From: Sedimentisphaerales bacterium
Lineage (GTDB): Bacteria; Planctomycetota; Phycisphaerae; Sedimentisphaerales; Anaerobacaceae
Direction: 5' to 3'
Length of the DNA: 64,000 nucleotides
Assembly: GCA_040772485.1 (NCBI GenBank)
Contig: JAXGYC010000009.1
Location: 448,001 to 512,000, forward strand
The position numbers and the translations under genes are program-made. A model generated the notes under the pieces. The model was not told the origin of the DNA, did no database searches, and saw only the letters and a program-made list of their open reading frames with translations. Below, piece after piece: positions 30,151 through 40,286 of the stretch (positions within the stretch are counted from its first letter, which is position 1; every line of letters starts with the position of its first letter).

Positions 30151-32511
30151 CTACAGGGCGCTTTGTTCGGTGCGGGCGATGATCTCGTTCTGGAGGTCGC
30201 GGCCGAGGTCGACGAAGTAGTCGCTGTAGCCGGCGACGCGGACGATCAGGTCGCGGTTCCGCTCGGGATGCTTCTGGGCCTCGCGGAGCGTTTCGGCGTC
30301 GACGACGTTGAACTGGATGTGGTGGCCGTCGAGCCGGAAGTAGGAGCGGATCAGTTGCGTGAGCTTGTCGAGGCTCTCTTCGCCGTCGAGGACCTGGGGG
30401 TTGAACTTCATGTTGAGCAGGGTCCCGCCGGTGCGGGCGTGGTCCATCTTGGCGGCGGACTTGAGCACGGCCGTGGGACCGTAGCGGTCGGCGCCCTGGA
30501 CGGGCGAGATGCCCTCCGAAAGCGGCAGGCCCGCCTTGCGGCCGTCCGGCGTGGCGCCGATGACCGAGCCGAAGTATACGTGGACCGTCGTCGGAAGGAG
30601 ATTGATGTGGTAGCGACCCCCTTTGGTGTTGGGCCGTCCATCTACGGCGTCGAAGTAGACCTCAAACACCGATCGCATGACGTCGTCGGCGTAGTCGTCG
30701 TCGTTGCCGTACTTGGGGGTCCGTTCCAGGAGAGTCTGCCGCAGCGATTCTTCGCCTTCGAAGTCGCGGCGCAGCGCCGACAGCAGTTGCGACATCGACA
30801 CGCCCTTGTGGTCGAACACATGGCACTTGATGGCCGTCAGCGCATCAGTGATCGTGCCCAGCCCAACGCCTTGAACGTAGTTAGTGTTATAGCGGGCGCC
30901 GCCGTCGTGGTAGTCCTTGCCCTTGGCGATGCAGTCGTCGATCAGGATCGACAGGAACGGGGCGGGCATGTACGTCGCGTAGAGGCGTTCGATGACGTTG
31001 TTGCCCCGCATCTTGATGTCCATCAGATAGTTGAGCTGCTGCCGGTACGCGTCGAAAAGCTGCTCGAAAGTCTCGAAGCGCTCCGGGTCGCCCGTCTGCG
31101 GGCCGAGAAGTCGGCCTGTCCTCGGATCGACACCGTTGTTCAACGTCAGCTCCAGGACTTTGGGCAGGTTGAAGTATCCGGTCAGGATGTAGCTCTCCTT
31201 GCCGAACGCGCCGACCTCGACGCAGCCGCTGGAGCCGCCGTTGCGGGCGTCGGCCACGGACTTGCCCATGCGGACCAGCTCCTGGACGATCAGATCGCAG
31301 TTGAACACCGAAGGCTGGCCGAACCCGGTGCGGATGATCTTCGTCGCCCGCTTGATGAACCGGTCGGGGTTCTTCTTGCTGACCTGGATGGAGGAGCTGG
31401 GCTGGACGAGCCGCATCTCCTCGATCACGTCGAGCACGAGGAACGTCACCTCGTTGACGCCGTCGGAGCCGTCCTCTTTCAGGCCGCCGTTGTTGATCTG
31501 GGCGAAGTCGGTGTATGTGCCGCTCTCGGCGGCGGTGACGCCCACCTTGGGCGGGGCCGGCTGATTGTTGAACTTCACCCAGAAGCACTGAAGCAGCTCG
31601 CGGGCGTGCTCGGCGGTCAGCGTTCCGGCGTCGAGCCCTCGCCGGTAGAACGGATAGAGGTGCTGGTCCAGGCGGCCCGGGTTGAACGAGTCCCACGGGT
31701 TCATCTCGGTAGTCACGCCGAGATGGACGAACCAGTAATACTGAAGCGCTTCCCAGAAGTCGCGCGGCGCGTGGGCCGGAACGTGCGAGCAGACTTGGGC
31801 GATCCGCTCCAACTCCGCTTTTCGCTGCGGATCGGACTCCCGCTTCGCCATCTCGCGGGCCTTCTCGGCGTGACGCTCGGCGAAGCGGATCAGCGCATCG
31901 GCGCAGATGCGCATCGCCTTGAGCTGTTCCTGCCTGGCGTAGGCCTGCGGATCGTTGAGGTAGTCCAGGCTGTCGAGACTGCGCTGGATGTCCTGCTGGA
32001 AATCGAGCATGCCCTTGCGATAGATCTTGTCGTCGAGCACGGTGTGACCGGGCGACCGCTGTTCCATGAACTCGGTGAACAGGCCGGCCTCATAGGTGGC
32101 CTTCCATTCGTCCGTCATCTCACGGAAGATGCGGTCCCGCATGGTGCGGCCCTGCCAGAACGGGATGATCGTCTCGGCGTAGACCTTTCGCACCTCGGGA
32201 CTCACAGTAAACGAGGTCTTCTCTCGCGAGTTGAGAATGTCCAGGTCGCTCAGTGAATGGCAACACAGCTCCGGATAGGTCGGAGTCGCCTTGGGGGCGT
32301 GGCCCTTCTCGCCCACGATCAGCTCACCGGCGCCGATGTAGACGGTCTTGTGCTCCATCAGGTGCCGGAAGGCCAGAGCCCGCGTGACGGGCACAGATTC
32401 ACACCAGGCGCCGCTCTGGTAGAACTGGGTCATCAGTTCGGCCCGTTCGCTGGAAATGTAAGGGTGCGTTTCGACGCTCTGCTCACGGAGTCTTCTGACA
32501 CGCTCGTTCAT
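30151..32511 (-). CDS. hypD: Glycyl radical enzyme, trans-4-hydroxy-L-proline dehydratase
   Basis: PTYPELCCH, TEFMEQRSPGH, NPWD, FNNQPAPPKVG...ESGTYTDF, SGCVE, LPTT, VRVAGYS; motifs match HypD as recalled. Confidence 0.88.
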   Translation of the reverse strand: MNERVRRLREQSVETHPYISSERAELMTQFYQSGAWCESVPVTRALAFRHLMEHKTVYIGAGELIVGEKGHAPKATPTYPELCCHSLSDLDILNSREKTSFTVSPEVRKVYAETIIPFWQGRTMRDRIFREMTDEWKATYEAGLFTEFMEQRSPGHTVLDDKIYRKGMLDFQQDIQRSLDSLDYLNDPQAYARQEQLKAMRICADALIRFAERHAEKAREMAKRESDPQRKAELERIAQVCSHVPAHAPRDFWEALQYYWFVHLGVTTEMNPWDSFNPGRLDQHLYPFYRRGLDAGTLTAEHARELLQCFWVKFNNQPAPPKVGVTAAESGTYTDFAQINNGGLKEDGSDGVNEVTFLVLDVIEEMRLVQPSSSIQVSKKNPDRFIKRATKIIRTGFGQPSVFNCDLIVQELVRMGKSVADARNGGSSGCVEVGAFGKESYILTGYFNLPKVLELTLNNGVDPRTGRLLGPQTGDPERFETFEQLFDAYRQQLNYLMDIKMRGNNVIERLYATYMPAPFLSILIDDCIAKGKDYHDGGARYNTNYVQGVGLGTITDALTAIKCHVFDHKGVSMSQLLSALRRDFEGEESLRQTLLERTPKYGNDDDYADDVMRSVFEVYFDAVDGRPNTKGGRYHINLLPTTVHVYFGSVIGATPDGRKAGLPLSEGISPVQGADRYGPTAVLKSAAKMDHARTGGTLLNMKFNPQVLDGEESLDKLTQLIRSYFRLDGHHIQFNVVDAETLREAQKHPERNRDLIVRVAGYSDYFVDLGRDLQNEIIARTEQSAL

Positions 32512-32514
32512 CGT

Positions 32515-33549
32515 CTATCCACCTATCGCGACCTCAAATCCGTACGCACGCAGGGTCCTGGCGATCTCGGCCATTTGCTCATCGCCGGGGCTTTCGCCCT
32601 CCATCAGGTCGAAGTCTGCGGCCAGCCGGACCGATTTCTCCAGGCCGCCCCGATTGTAAGGCAGGATATCAATCCTCTGGACCGTCGGCAACGACTGGGC
32701 GAACCGGGCCGTATTCTCGATGTTGCCCATATCATCGTTGAACCCCGGAACGATCGGAATCCGGACGACCATCTTCTTGCCTGCCTCGGCCAGCGTCCTG
32801 AGATTGGCCAGGATCAGGTTGTTCGGCACGCCTGTATACCGTTCGTGCATGGGCGAATCCATGTGCTTGATGTCGCACAGGAACAGATCGGCGACCTCGG
32901 CGACCCGCCGGACCAGATCGCCCCTGGCGTGGCAGGTCGTGTCGACCGCTGTATGTATGTCTTCGGCCCGGCAGCGGTTCAGCAACGCCAGCAGAAAATC
33001 GGCTTGCATCAGCGGTTCCCCGCCGGAAAACGTGACCCCGCCGCCCGACTGGTCGTAGAAGATCACGTCCTTGACGACCTCGGCCATTACCTCGGCCACG
33101 GTCATTTGTTGCCCTATGATTTCCCTGGCGCCCGCCGGACATTCGACAGCACATTGGCCGCAGAGAATACACTTCTCCATGTCCGTCACGGGATAGCCGT
33201 CCGGGAACGTGATGGCATTTCCCCGGCAGATGGCTTCGCATCGCCCGCAGCGGACACAGCGGCCCTGCCGGAAGCTGGGCTCCGGCGTCGCCTTCCAGCT
33301 CTCAGGATTATGACACCAGCGGCACCGCAGCGGGCAGCCTTTGAAGAAGACCGTCGTACGAATCCCCGGGCCATCGTGGATGGCGTACTTCTTGATATCA
33401 AAAACGACCCCCTGCACGTCCGACGCCGGCACCTTGCCATGCGTCGCCGTTCGCAGATGGCTGTAAACAGATTGTCCGTCGTGGCCCGTCGTCACCAAAG
33501 TCGCCCATCCCCGTGATCCATCACCCGCTTGACCCATTCCCCCATGCAC
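32515..33549 (-). CDS. Glycyl-radical activating enzyme with ferredoxin insert (HypD activase); true start probably downstream of 33549
   Basis: HDGPGIRTTVFFKGCPLRCRWCHNPES; CVRCGRCEAIC, CILCGQCAVECP; GGGVTFSGGEP. Confidence 0.92.
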   Translation of the reverse strand: MHGGMGQAGDGSRGWATLVTTGHDGQSVYSHLRTATHGKVPASDVQGVVFDIKKYAIHDGPGIRTTVFFKGCPLRCRWCHNPESWKATPEPSFRQGRCVRCGRCEAICRGNAITFPDGYPVTDMEKCILCGQCAVECPAGAREIIGQQMTVAEVMAEVVKDVIFYDQSGGGVTFSGGEPLMQADFLLALLNRCRAEDIHTAVDTTCHARGDLVRRVAEVADLFLCDIKHMDSPMHERYTGVPNNLILANLRTLAEAGKKMVVRIPIVPGFNDDMGNIENTARFAQSLPTVQRIDILPYNRGGLEKSVRLAADFDLMEGESPGDEQMAEIARTLRAYGFEVAIGG

Positions 33550-33918
33550 TCAGCATACCCAAATGCTGCCGTGAGAACAAGATGCCTCGGTCCTGGGCGG
33601 TACGCAGCCTCCCGCTTCTTGTGGAAATCGGGACGATTTCCGCACGTGGATTTGGGGCGGTTCTTCACCTTCACCCTGGTTTTCGCACCAGAAACGAGGG
33701 AATCACCCTTGTTCCGCATGCTTCTTGTGGGTAATGGTTCTGTGTGGACGGTGCGGCGGTCATGGGAGTATCATAGTGCGGTGGCGTGCGAAATCGGAGG
33801 AAGTCGCGTTCGAGGCAGTCCGGCGGATGGGGCGTGGTGTTGCCCGAGCAGCATCCTGCCTTGGGACGAAGAAGGAACCGGATGGGGTTGAGGGCGTTTT
33901 CGTTTGAGAGGGGCCGAA

Positions 33919-34500
33919 ATGGGTGCGAAAACCACAGCGCCAGTGCTCTTAGCTGGTATTGTCATTTGCTGTATCTTGAGTGGCTGTAACAACCACATGA
34001 AGGATGACGGTGTCCAGCAGGCACATGAGTCAGAGCAGTGGCCTGCGCAGTTCGGGACAGAGAGCGAGCGTCAGGCCCTGCTGGAGCTGGCTGACGAGGA
34101 CGCACGCGAGATACTGGCGGCGCGGGCACGGCTGCTGTGCGAGACCGATCACCAGGCCCTGCTGGAAAGTTGTCGGTCGGTTGCAGAGGAACTGGAACCT
34201 GGCGTTCATATATGGAAGCGTCTTTCGCCTGAAGAGATCGCCCGGTTTCCCCAAGTGATCCGCGACCTTCGACCGCAGTCTGTGACCTTTGACAGACAAG
34301 GACGCGTGAGGATCGAAATGTGCGCCACCAGTTGGCACTCGTTGGGGGTGCGAGTCTACCCTGAGCATCTCTCGCATCTCATTGGTGGGGATCGCCGACT
34401 GCTGGAGGGACTGTGGTACTATGACGACGACTACCGCTTGGATCCCAGGGATCACGATCGCACGATTGACGCAATCCTCCGCGCGTGCGGAAAGCTCTGA
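33919..34500 (+). CDS. Hypothetical lipoprotein
   Basis: Lipobox LSGC after hydrophobic stretch. Confidence 0.6.
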   Translation: MGAKTTAPVLLAGIVICCILSGCNNHMKDDGVQQAHESEQWPAQFGTESERQALLELADEDAREILAARARLLCETDHQALLESCRSVAEELEPGVHIWKRLSPEEIARFPQVIRDLRPQSVTFDRQGRVRIEMCATSWHSLGVRVYPEHLSHLIGGDRRLLEGLWYYDDDYRLDPRDHDRTIDAILRACGKL

Positions 34501-34653
34501 CGAGAAAGCGTGCCCTCCCGCACTTGTTTCTGGCCGGATGAGCGGAGAAGTCCTTTACAGAGGCAGGGGCAAGGACGAACATAGCGTGGTCAGGGTTCTG
34601 GTCCAGGCGGATCGGAACCGAACTGTACGGGCCGTGAGCTTGGCGCGAGGTGC

Positions 34654-35700
34654 ATGATGAGACGATCTGGAGTGGTTCTGGGGCTGATCGTGGTTCTTGT
34701 TGGGGGACTTGCGACCATGAGAGCAGATGCGAATTCGGACTCGTCGGCCGCGGTGGTAGAGGCACGACTGATCTTTGCTCTGGAGAATAGACCGACCGCG
34801 GGCTGTCATGCGTCGACCATTGAGCAGACTCGCACGGGGCAGATCGTCGCGGCGTGGTTCGCCGGCGCCGACGAGGGCGAAGACGACGTCGGTATCTGGG
34901 TCTCCCGTCTGATCGACCGCCAGTGGTCCAGGCCGACGGAAGTGGCCAACGGCGTGATGTCGGTGCAGAGGCGGTACCCCTGCTGGAATCCTGTGCTGTT
35001 TCAGCCGAAGGATGGCCCTCTGGTGCTGTTCTTCAAGGTCGGGCCCACACCGAGCCAGTGGTGGGGTCAGTGGACCGCCTCGCACGATGGTGGAGACACC
35101 TGGACGCCGCGGCAGTTGCTGCCCGGGCAGGTGATGGGTCCGATCAAGAACAAACCGATCCAACTCGACGATGGACGCATTCTCTGCCCGTCCAGCAGCG
35201 AGCACCATGGCTGGCAGATTCACCTGGAGATCACCAATGACCTGAAGGACTGGCATGTCGTCGGCCCGCTGAACGACGGCCAGGCCATGCCGGTGATTCA
35301 GCCGACCATCCTGAAGTATCGGGATGGGCGGCTCCAGATGCTCTGCCGCACGCGGGGCAAGGAGTTCATCGCCCAGACCTGGTCCCACGACGGCGGCCGC
35401 TCCTGGAGTCCGTTGACCTCTACGAGTCTGCCTAACCCCAACTCGGGGATCGATGCGGTCACGCTGAGGGATGGGCGACAACTGCTCGTGTACAACCACA
35501 CCACACAGGGCCGCAGCCCGCTGAACGTGGCGGTCTCGTCCGATGGGCAGAATTGGGACATGGCGCTGACCCTCGAAGACCAACCCGGCGAATACTCCTA
35601 TCCCGCTGTCATCCAGACCGCCGACGGTCTCGTCCATACCACGTACACGTACCTGAGAAAGAGTATCAAGCACGTCGCCATCGATCCGGGCAAGCTGTGA
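34654..35700 (+). CDS. Secreted BNR/Asp-box (sialidase-like) protein
   Basis: CHASTI, PCWNPVLF, SHDGGDTW, SHDGGRSW, SSDGQNW, EYSYP. Confidence 0.88.
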   Translation: MMRRSGVVLGLIVVLVGGLATMRADANSDSSAAVVEARLIFALENRPTAGCHASTIEQTRTGQIVAAWFAGADEGEDDVGIWVSRLIDRQWSRPTEVANGVMSVQRRYPCWNPVLFQPKDGPLVLFFKVGPTPSQWWGQWTASHDGGDTWTPRQLLPGQVMGPIKNKPIQLDDGRILCPSSSEHHGWQIHLEITNDLKDWHVVGPLNDGQAMPVIQPTILKYRDGRLQMLCRTRGKEFIAQTWSHDGGRSWSPLTSTSLPNPNSGIDAVTLRDGRQLLVYNHTTQGRSPLNVAVSSDGQNWDMALTLEDQPGEYSYPAVIQTADGLVHTTYTYLRKSIKHVAIDPGKL

Positions 35701-35857
35701 GGCCATCGGTGGATTCTCCTGCCTGGAGCATTTGCGATAATTGCGCAAACTCCGCGCGCTCGGCCGACGTAGAGACACCACAGGACTCATAGGATGCACA
35801 CGACCTGTGCCGAACGCCTTGCGTGTTCGGGTGGCGCTTCAGGGAAGGAGAACGGCA

Positions 35858-37129
35858 ATGATTGACACGGAAGCAATTGCCGAACTGGCATATGATCTGG
35901 CCCGTCGTGACTTCTCCCATCAGTTCGGTGGCCCCGAGCTGGGGTTTCGCGAGAAACCAATCTGGCAGAAGGTGCGCGCGCTGGGCACTCGATTGTGGCT
36001 GGACACCGGGGATATCGACGAGGCCAAAACGCTTTGGTGTTGTGAATTCGAGGCGTTGACAACCAACAACACGCTGCTCAACAAGGAGATTCAGAAGGGG
36101 CTGTACGACGGATTCGTCCGCGAAGTGGCCAAAGCGATTCGGCGGGTGGCGCCCGGGATTGACGAGTCGCCGTATTCCTCGGGACTGATACTGGAGATCG
36201 CGTTTGTCCTGAACGCCTACCACGCCCTGCGACTGGTCGAGATGTTCGATGCGCACGTGAGCGTGGAACTGCACACGGATCTCGGTCACGATGTGGAGCG
36301 TTCGGTCGCGTACGGCAGGCGGTACTACGACATCTGCCCGGAGCGGTTCCACGTGAAGGTGCCGCTGACGGCGGCCGGCCTGCTGGCGGCGCGAAGGCTT
36401 GGAGCCGAAGGCATCCCGGTCAACTTCACTCTGGGCTTCTCCGCCCGGCAGAATTACGCCGCCGCCCTGATCGCCCAGCCGCGGTTCGTCAACGTCTTCA
36501 TGGGCAGGCTCAATGCCTTTGTCGCCGACAACGGGCTGGGCGACGGGCGAAACGTTGGGGAGAAGGCGACGCTGGCGACGCAACGGATGCTGATCGGCCT
36601 GAGGGACGCCGGTCGGACGCGCTCGCTCTTGATCGGCGCCAGTATGCGCGATGGCTCGCAGGTCGCGGCACTGGCGGGGCTCGACGTCCTGACGATGCCC
36701 ACGAAGGCGGCGGCGCAATACGAAGAGAGCCCCGCCTCGCGGTTGTCGCCCCAGATTGACGCCGACCCGGACGTTCAATTGGCGGACGGCATCCGCTTCG
36801 AGGACTTCGACGCCGCGACGCTCTGGAACGTCCCTCAGGCGTTCAAGGGCTGCGTCGAAGGCCTCCTGCGCGAGGATGTGGACAGCATGACCCCCGAGGA
36901 CGTACAGTCCCATTTTGCCCGGCATGGCTTCGAGGATTTCCTGCCGGAATGGTCGGCGGAAGACATTGACACGGCGACGGCCGACGGGAAGATTCCTGTC
37001 CTGGCGAGATGGCAGAAGCGGCTCCTGCGAGGCGACGTCGGTCTCGACGCTCTGATGAATCTCAGTGCGTTTGGCGCCTTCGCCACCGACCAGAGGGCCC
37101 TGGATGACCGCATCCGATCGCTGATCTGA
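35858..37129 (+). CDS. Transaldolase family protein (long, atypical)
   Basis: LWLDTGD, LTTNNTLL, VSVEL, VKVPLT (Schiff-base Lys), VNFTLGFS, FMGRL, GASMR; AAGGAG RBS. Confidence 0.82.
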   Translation: MIDTEAIAELAYDLARRDFSHQFGGPELGFREKPIWQKVRALGTRLWLDTGDIDEAKTLWCCEFEALTTNNTLLNKEIQKGLYDGFVREVAKAIRRVAPGIDESPYSSGLILEIAFVLNAYHALRLVEMFDAHVSVELHTDLGHDVERSVAYGRRYYDICPERFHVKVPLTAAGLLAARRLGAEGIPVNFTLGFSARQNYAAALIAQPRFVNVFMGRLNAFVADNGLGDGRNVGEKATLATQRMLIGLRDAGRTRSLLIGASMRDGSQVAALAGLDVLTMPTKAAAQYEESPASRLSPQIDADPDVQLADGIRFEDFDAATLWNVPQAFKGCVEGLLREDVDSMTPEDVQSHFARHGFEDFLPEWSAEDIDTATADGKIPVLARWQKRLLRGDVGLDALMNLSAFGAFATDQRALDDRIRSLI

Positions 37130-37296
37130 GCTGTTGGGCTCGGATGGCCAACCCGGCGATCGCGTACAGGCAGCCTGTTTTCGCCAAATCTCCGCTCTTA
37201 GCGCTTTTCGAGCATCCACCCCGGCTGTAGAATACCTGTCGGCACCTGCGGTTCTCGGTGCATTGCCCTGTGGACAGGGATGGGATTGGGGCAGGT

Positions 37297-38436
37297 ATGA
37301 TTGGGATTGTTTCCAAGCCGGACACGCGGGACAAGCTTGAGATTCTCAGCTCCGATGCGCAGTATGACTTGGCCTGCGCCTGCGGGACGAACAGGGAGGA
37401 AGGTCGTCGTCGTGGCCAGGACGGCCGATGGATCTACCCGGTCACGCTGCCCAACGGCGGACGGAGCGTCCTGTTCAAGAGCCTGATCTCGAACGTCTGC
37501 ACCAACGACTGCAAGTATTGTCCGCTCCGGGAGCAGCAGGACATTCGCCGGTGCAGCCTCAGTCCGGAGGAGACTGCGCGGGTGTTTCTGGATTACTACC
37601 GCCGCAAGAAAGTCTTCGGCCTGTTCCTCAGCTCCGGCGTCATCGGTTCGCCCGATGCGACGATGGACCAGCTCACCACCACCGCCCGACTGCTGCGCCG
37701 CCGGCACGGGTTCAAGGGATACATTCACCTGAAGGTCATTCCCGGCTCCAGCGCCGCGGCCATCGAAGAAGCCGTCTCGCTGGCCAGCGTCGTTTCTCTG
37801 AACATCGAAACCCCGGGGCACAAGCACCTTGCCAGGCTTTCGAGCCGCAAGAACTACGTCCGCGACATCATCGAACCGATCAAGCTGATCAGCCGCCTGA
37901 CGGCGCAGGGGACGCGACTTGCCAGGGTCAAACAGACCACGCAGTTCATCGTCGGGGCCGCCGGGGAATCGGACGCCGAGATCGTCAAGTACATGGGCGG
38001 CCTTTATGACCGCCTGCGGATGCAGCGCATCTACTTCAGCGCCTACCAGCGGGGCGTCGGCGATGCCTCACTGGACGGCGGGATCGACGCAGGATGCGAT
38101 CCGGCGCAGGCCTTCGTCCGGGAGCATCGCCTTTACCAAGTGGATTTCCTCCTGCGCAAGTACGGTTTCAGAGACGGTGATATCCTGTTCGATCCCCAGG
38201 GTCGTCTTTCACTCGACGCCGATCCGAAGGAGGTCTGGGCGCGGAGCCACCCGGAGCGGTTTCCATTGGATGTGAACCGCGCTACGCGTCTGGAACTGCT
38301 TCGCGTGCCCGGGCTGGGGCCGTTGACCGTCGACCGCATCATCGAACAACGGGCCACCCGGCGGATCCGAAGGCTTGAGGAGATTGGCCGCGTCGGCGCC
38401 AGGCTCGGCAAGGCCGGGAGCTATCTGATCTTCTGA
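37297..38436 (+). CDS. Putative DNA modification/repair radical SAM protein with HhH (TIGR03916-like)
   Basis: NVCTNDCKYC, GLFLSSG, GYIHLK, REHRLYQVDFLLRKYGF, LLRVPGLG. Confidence 0.88.
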   Translation: MIGIVSKPDTRDKLEILSSDAQYDLACACGTNREEGRRRGQDGRWIYPVTLPNGGRSVLFKSLISNVCTNDCKYCPLREQQDIRRCSLSPEETARVFLDYYRRKKVFGLFLSSGVIGSPDATMDQLTTTARLLRRRHGFKGYIHLKVIPGSSAAAIEEAVSLASVVSLNIETPGHKHLARLSSRKNYVRDIIEPIKLISRLTAQGTRLARVKQTTQFIVGAAGESDAEIVKYMGGLYDRLRMQRIYFSAYQRGVGDASLDGGIDAGCDPAQAFVREHRLYQVDFLLRKYGFRDGDILFDPQGRLSLDADPKEVWARSHPERFPLDVNRATRLELLRVPGLGPLTVDRIIEQRATRRIRRLEEIGRVGARLGKAGSYLIF

Positions 38437-38540
38437 AGATTTTCGTTGCCAAGGTGTTGGTGCTCTTTATAATTCGCTGCCTGTTCGGATGTTAGGTGGA
38501 CAGGCCTACAGGTCTTCAAGAAGTGGAAAAGGAGGTGAAA

Positions 38541-39095
38541 ATGCAGAACATGGTTCCCTCGAAGGTCTTTCTGACCAAGGGTGTCGGACGACACAAGTAC
38601 CAGCTCAAGTCGTTCGAGGAAGCCCTGAGAAAGGCCGGCGTGGCCCAGCAGAACCTGGTCCAGGTCTCCTCGATTCTGCCCCCCAAATGCAAGATCATCA
38701 GTCGAGAGAGAGGTTTGGCTGAACTGACACCAGGGGAGATATGCTTCTGCGTGATGGCCCGCGCCGACACCGACGAGCATGGTCGCCTGGTCGCCGCTTC
38801 GGTGGGCATCGCCGTTCCGAAAGACGGAAGAAAATGGGGGTATCTCAGCGAGGTGCACGGCCACGGCATGGACCAGCACGTAGCCGCCGACCTGGCGGAG
38901 GACCTGGCCGCCGGCATGCTCGGAACCACACTCGGCCTGGAGGTCGATCCGAACAAGGCCTGGTCGGAAAAGGAACAGGTCTACAAATCCAGCGGGCTGA
39001 TCATTCGCACCTCGAACATTACGCAGACCGCCCGGGGCAAGAGAGACCTCTGGACGACGGTGGTGGCGATCGCGATGTTCATCTTCGACCGATAG
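38541..39095 (+). CDS. pdaD: Pyruvoyl-dependent arginine decarboxylase
   Basis: SFEEALRKAGV..NLVQVSSILPP (Ser-Ser autocleavage site), GYLSEVH; AAGGAGG RBS. Confidence 0.88.
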   Translation: MQNMVPSKVFLTKGVGRHKYQLKSFEEALRKAGVAQQNLVQVSSILPPKCKIISRERGLAELTPGEICFCVMARADTDEHGRLVAASVGIAVPKDGRKWGYLSEVHGHGMDQHVAADLAEDLAAGMLGTTLGLEVDPNKAWSEKEQVYKSSGLIIRTSNITQTARGKRDLWTTVVAIAMFIFDR

Positions 39096-39124
39096 CTACC
39101 GGTTGTCTGTCCCTGTGATGACGC

Positions 39125-39152
39125 GTAGGGGCGAATGATCCTTCGCCCCTAT
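39125..39152 (+). repeat. 28-bp GTAG-type REP
   Basis: gtaggggcgaatgatccttcgcccctat. Confidence 0.8.
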
Positions 39153-39245
39153 CATCGGCCTGGGGGGATAGTCTGGATACAAAAGGCAACCGACATCCGT
39201 GGCCAGGCAGGCTACGATCGGACCAATGCGATAGGGTGCAAAGAC

Positions 39246-40286
39246 ATGAAGAAGAAGGACCTGCTCCAAGAGCTTGTTGAACACGTCGATATCAAGACCT
39301 TCGATTCCACCGCTATTGTCGAAGCGATGCACAAGATGTCATTCACGGCCAGGGACACCGCCCGGGCCGCAGAGATCCTGTGCACGATGATCGAAGACAA
39401 GGCCTGTACGATCATGCTGTGCATCGCCGGAAGCACCAGTGCCGGCGGATGCATGCAGGTCTACATCGACATGGTCCGGCACAACATGGTCGACGCGATC
39501 GTCGCGACCGGAGCCACGATCGTCGACATGGACTTCTTCGAGGCCATCGGGTTTCGGCACTACAAAGGAAGCCCGTTCGTGGACGACAACAAGCTCCGGG
39601 AGCTGTACATCGACCGGATCTATGACACGTTCATCGACGAGGAACAGCTCCAGGTCTGCGACGAGACGATTAAGAAGATCGCCGACGGCCTGGAGAAGCG
39701 GCCCCATTCGTCACGCGAATTCATCCGAGAGATGGGCAAGTACCTGACCCGGCACGCCAAGAAGAAAGACTCGCTGGTCCAGGCGGCCTACGAGTGCGAC
39801 GTGCCGATCTTCTGCCCGGCCTTCTCCGACTCCAGCGCGGGCTTCGGTCTCGTCAAGCACCAGGTCGAGAATCCCGACCGGCACGTCTCGATCGACTCGG
39901 TGAAGGATTTCCGGGAACTGACGGAGATCAAAATACGTTCCAACGTCTCCGGGCTGTTCATGATCGGCGGTGGGGTGCCCAAGAACTTTGCCCAGGACAC
40001 CGTGGTCTGCGCCGAGGTGCTCGGACATTCGGTGGACATGCACAAGTACGCCGTGCAGATCACTGTGGCCGACGTCCGCGATGGCGCCTGCTCCAGCTCC
40101 ACGTTGAAAGAGGCTTCCTCGTGGGGCAAGGTGGACACCGGGTGCGAGCAGATGGTCTACGCGGAGGCGACGAGCGTGGTGCCCCTGATCGTCAGCTATG
40201 CCTACCACCGGCGCGGCTGGGAACAGCGGGCCCGCAGACAGTGTGCCAGGTTCTTCGAGCCGGTTCCCACAGGAGAGCGGAAATGA
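39246..40286 (+). CDS. Deoxyhypusine synthase-like protein (SpeY-type, homospermidine pathway)
   Basis: IDRIYDT, PAFSDSSAG, GGGVPKNF, DVRDGACSSSTLKEASSWGKV. Confidence 0.85.
   Translation: MKKKDLLQELVEHVDIKTFDSTAIVEAMHKMSFTARDTARAAEILCTMIEDKACTIMLCIAGSTSAGGCMQVYIDMVRHNMVDAIVATGATIVDMDFFEAIGFRHYKGSPFVDDNKLRELYIDRIYDTFIDEEQLQVCDETIKKIADGLEKRPHSSREFIREMGKYLTRHAKKKDSLVQAAYECDVPIFCPAFSDSSAGFGLVKHQVENPDRHVSIDSVKDFRELTEIKIRSNVSGLFMIGGGVPKNFAQDTVVCAEVLGHSVDMHKYAVQITVADVRDGACSSSTLKEASSWGKVDTGCEQMVYAEATSVVPLIVSYAYHRRGWEQRARRQCARFFEPVPTGERK

Noticed and set aside
30163..32256. 697-aa ORF antisense to hypD, and similar long shadows (21108-23747, 51651-54503, 24411-26405, 43449-45431, 27594-29246)
   Set aside because: They lie opposite well-supported genes, have no motifs, and are expected from high-GC codon bias
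33550..33900. Long intergenic region with small hairpins upstream of the hypD activase
   Set aside because: No recognisable riboswitch or ncRNA pattern; consistent with divergent promoters
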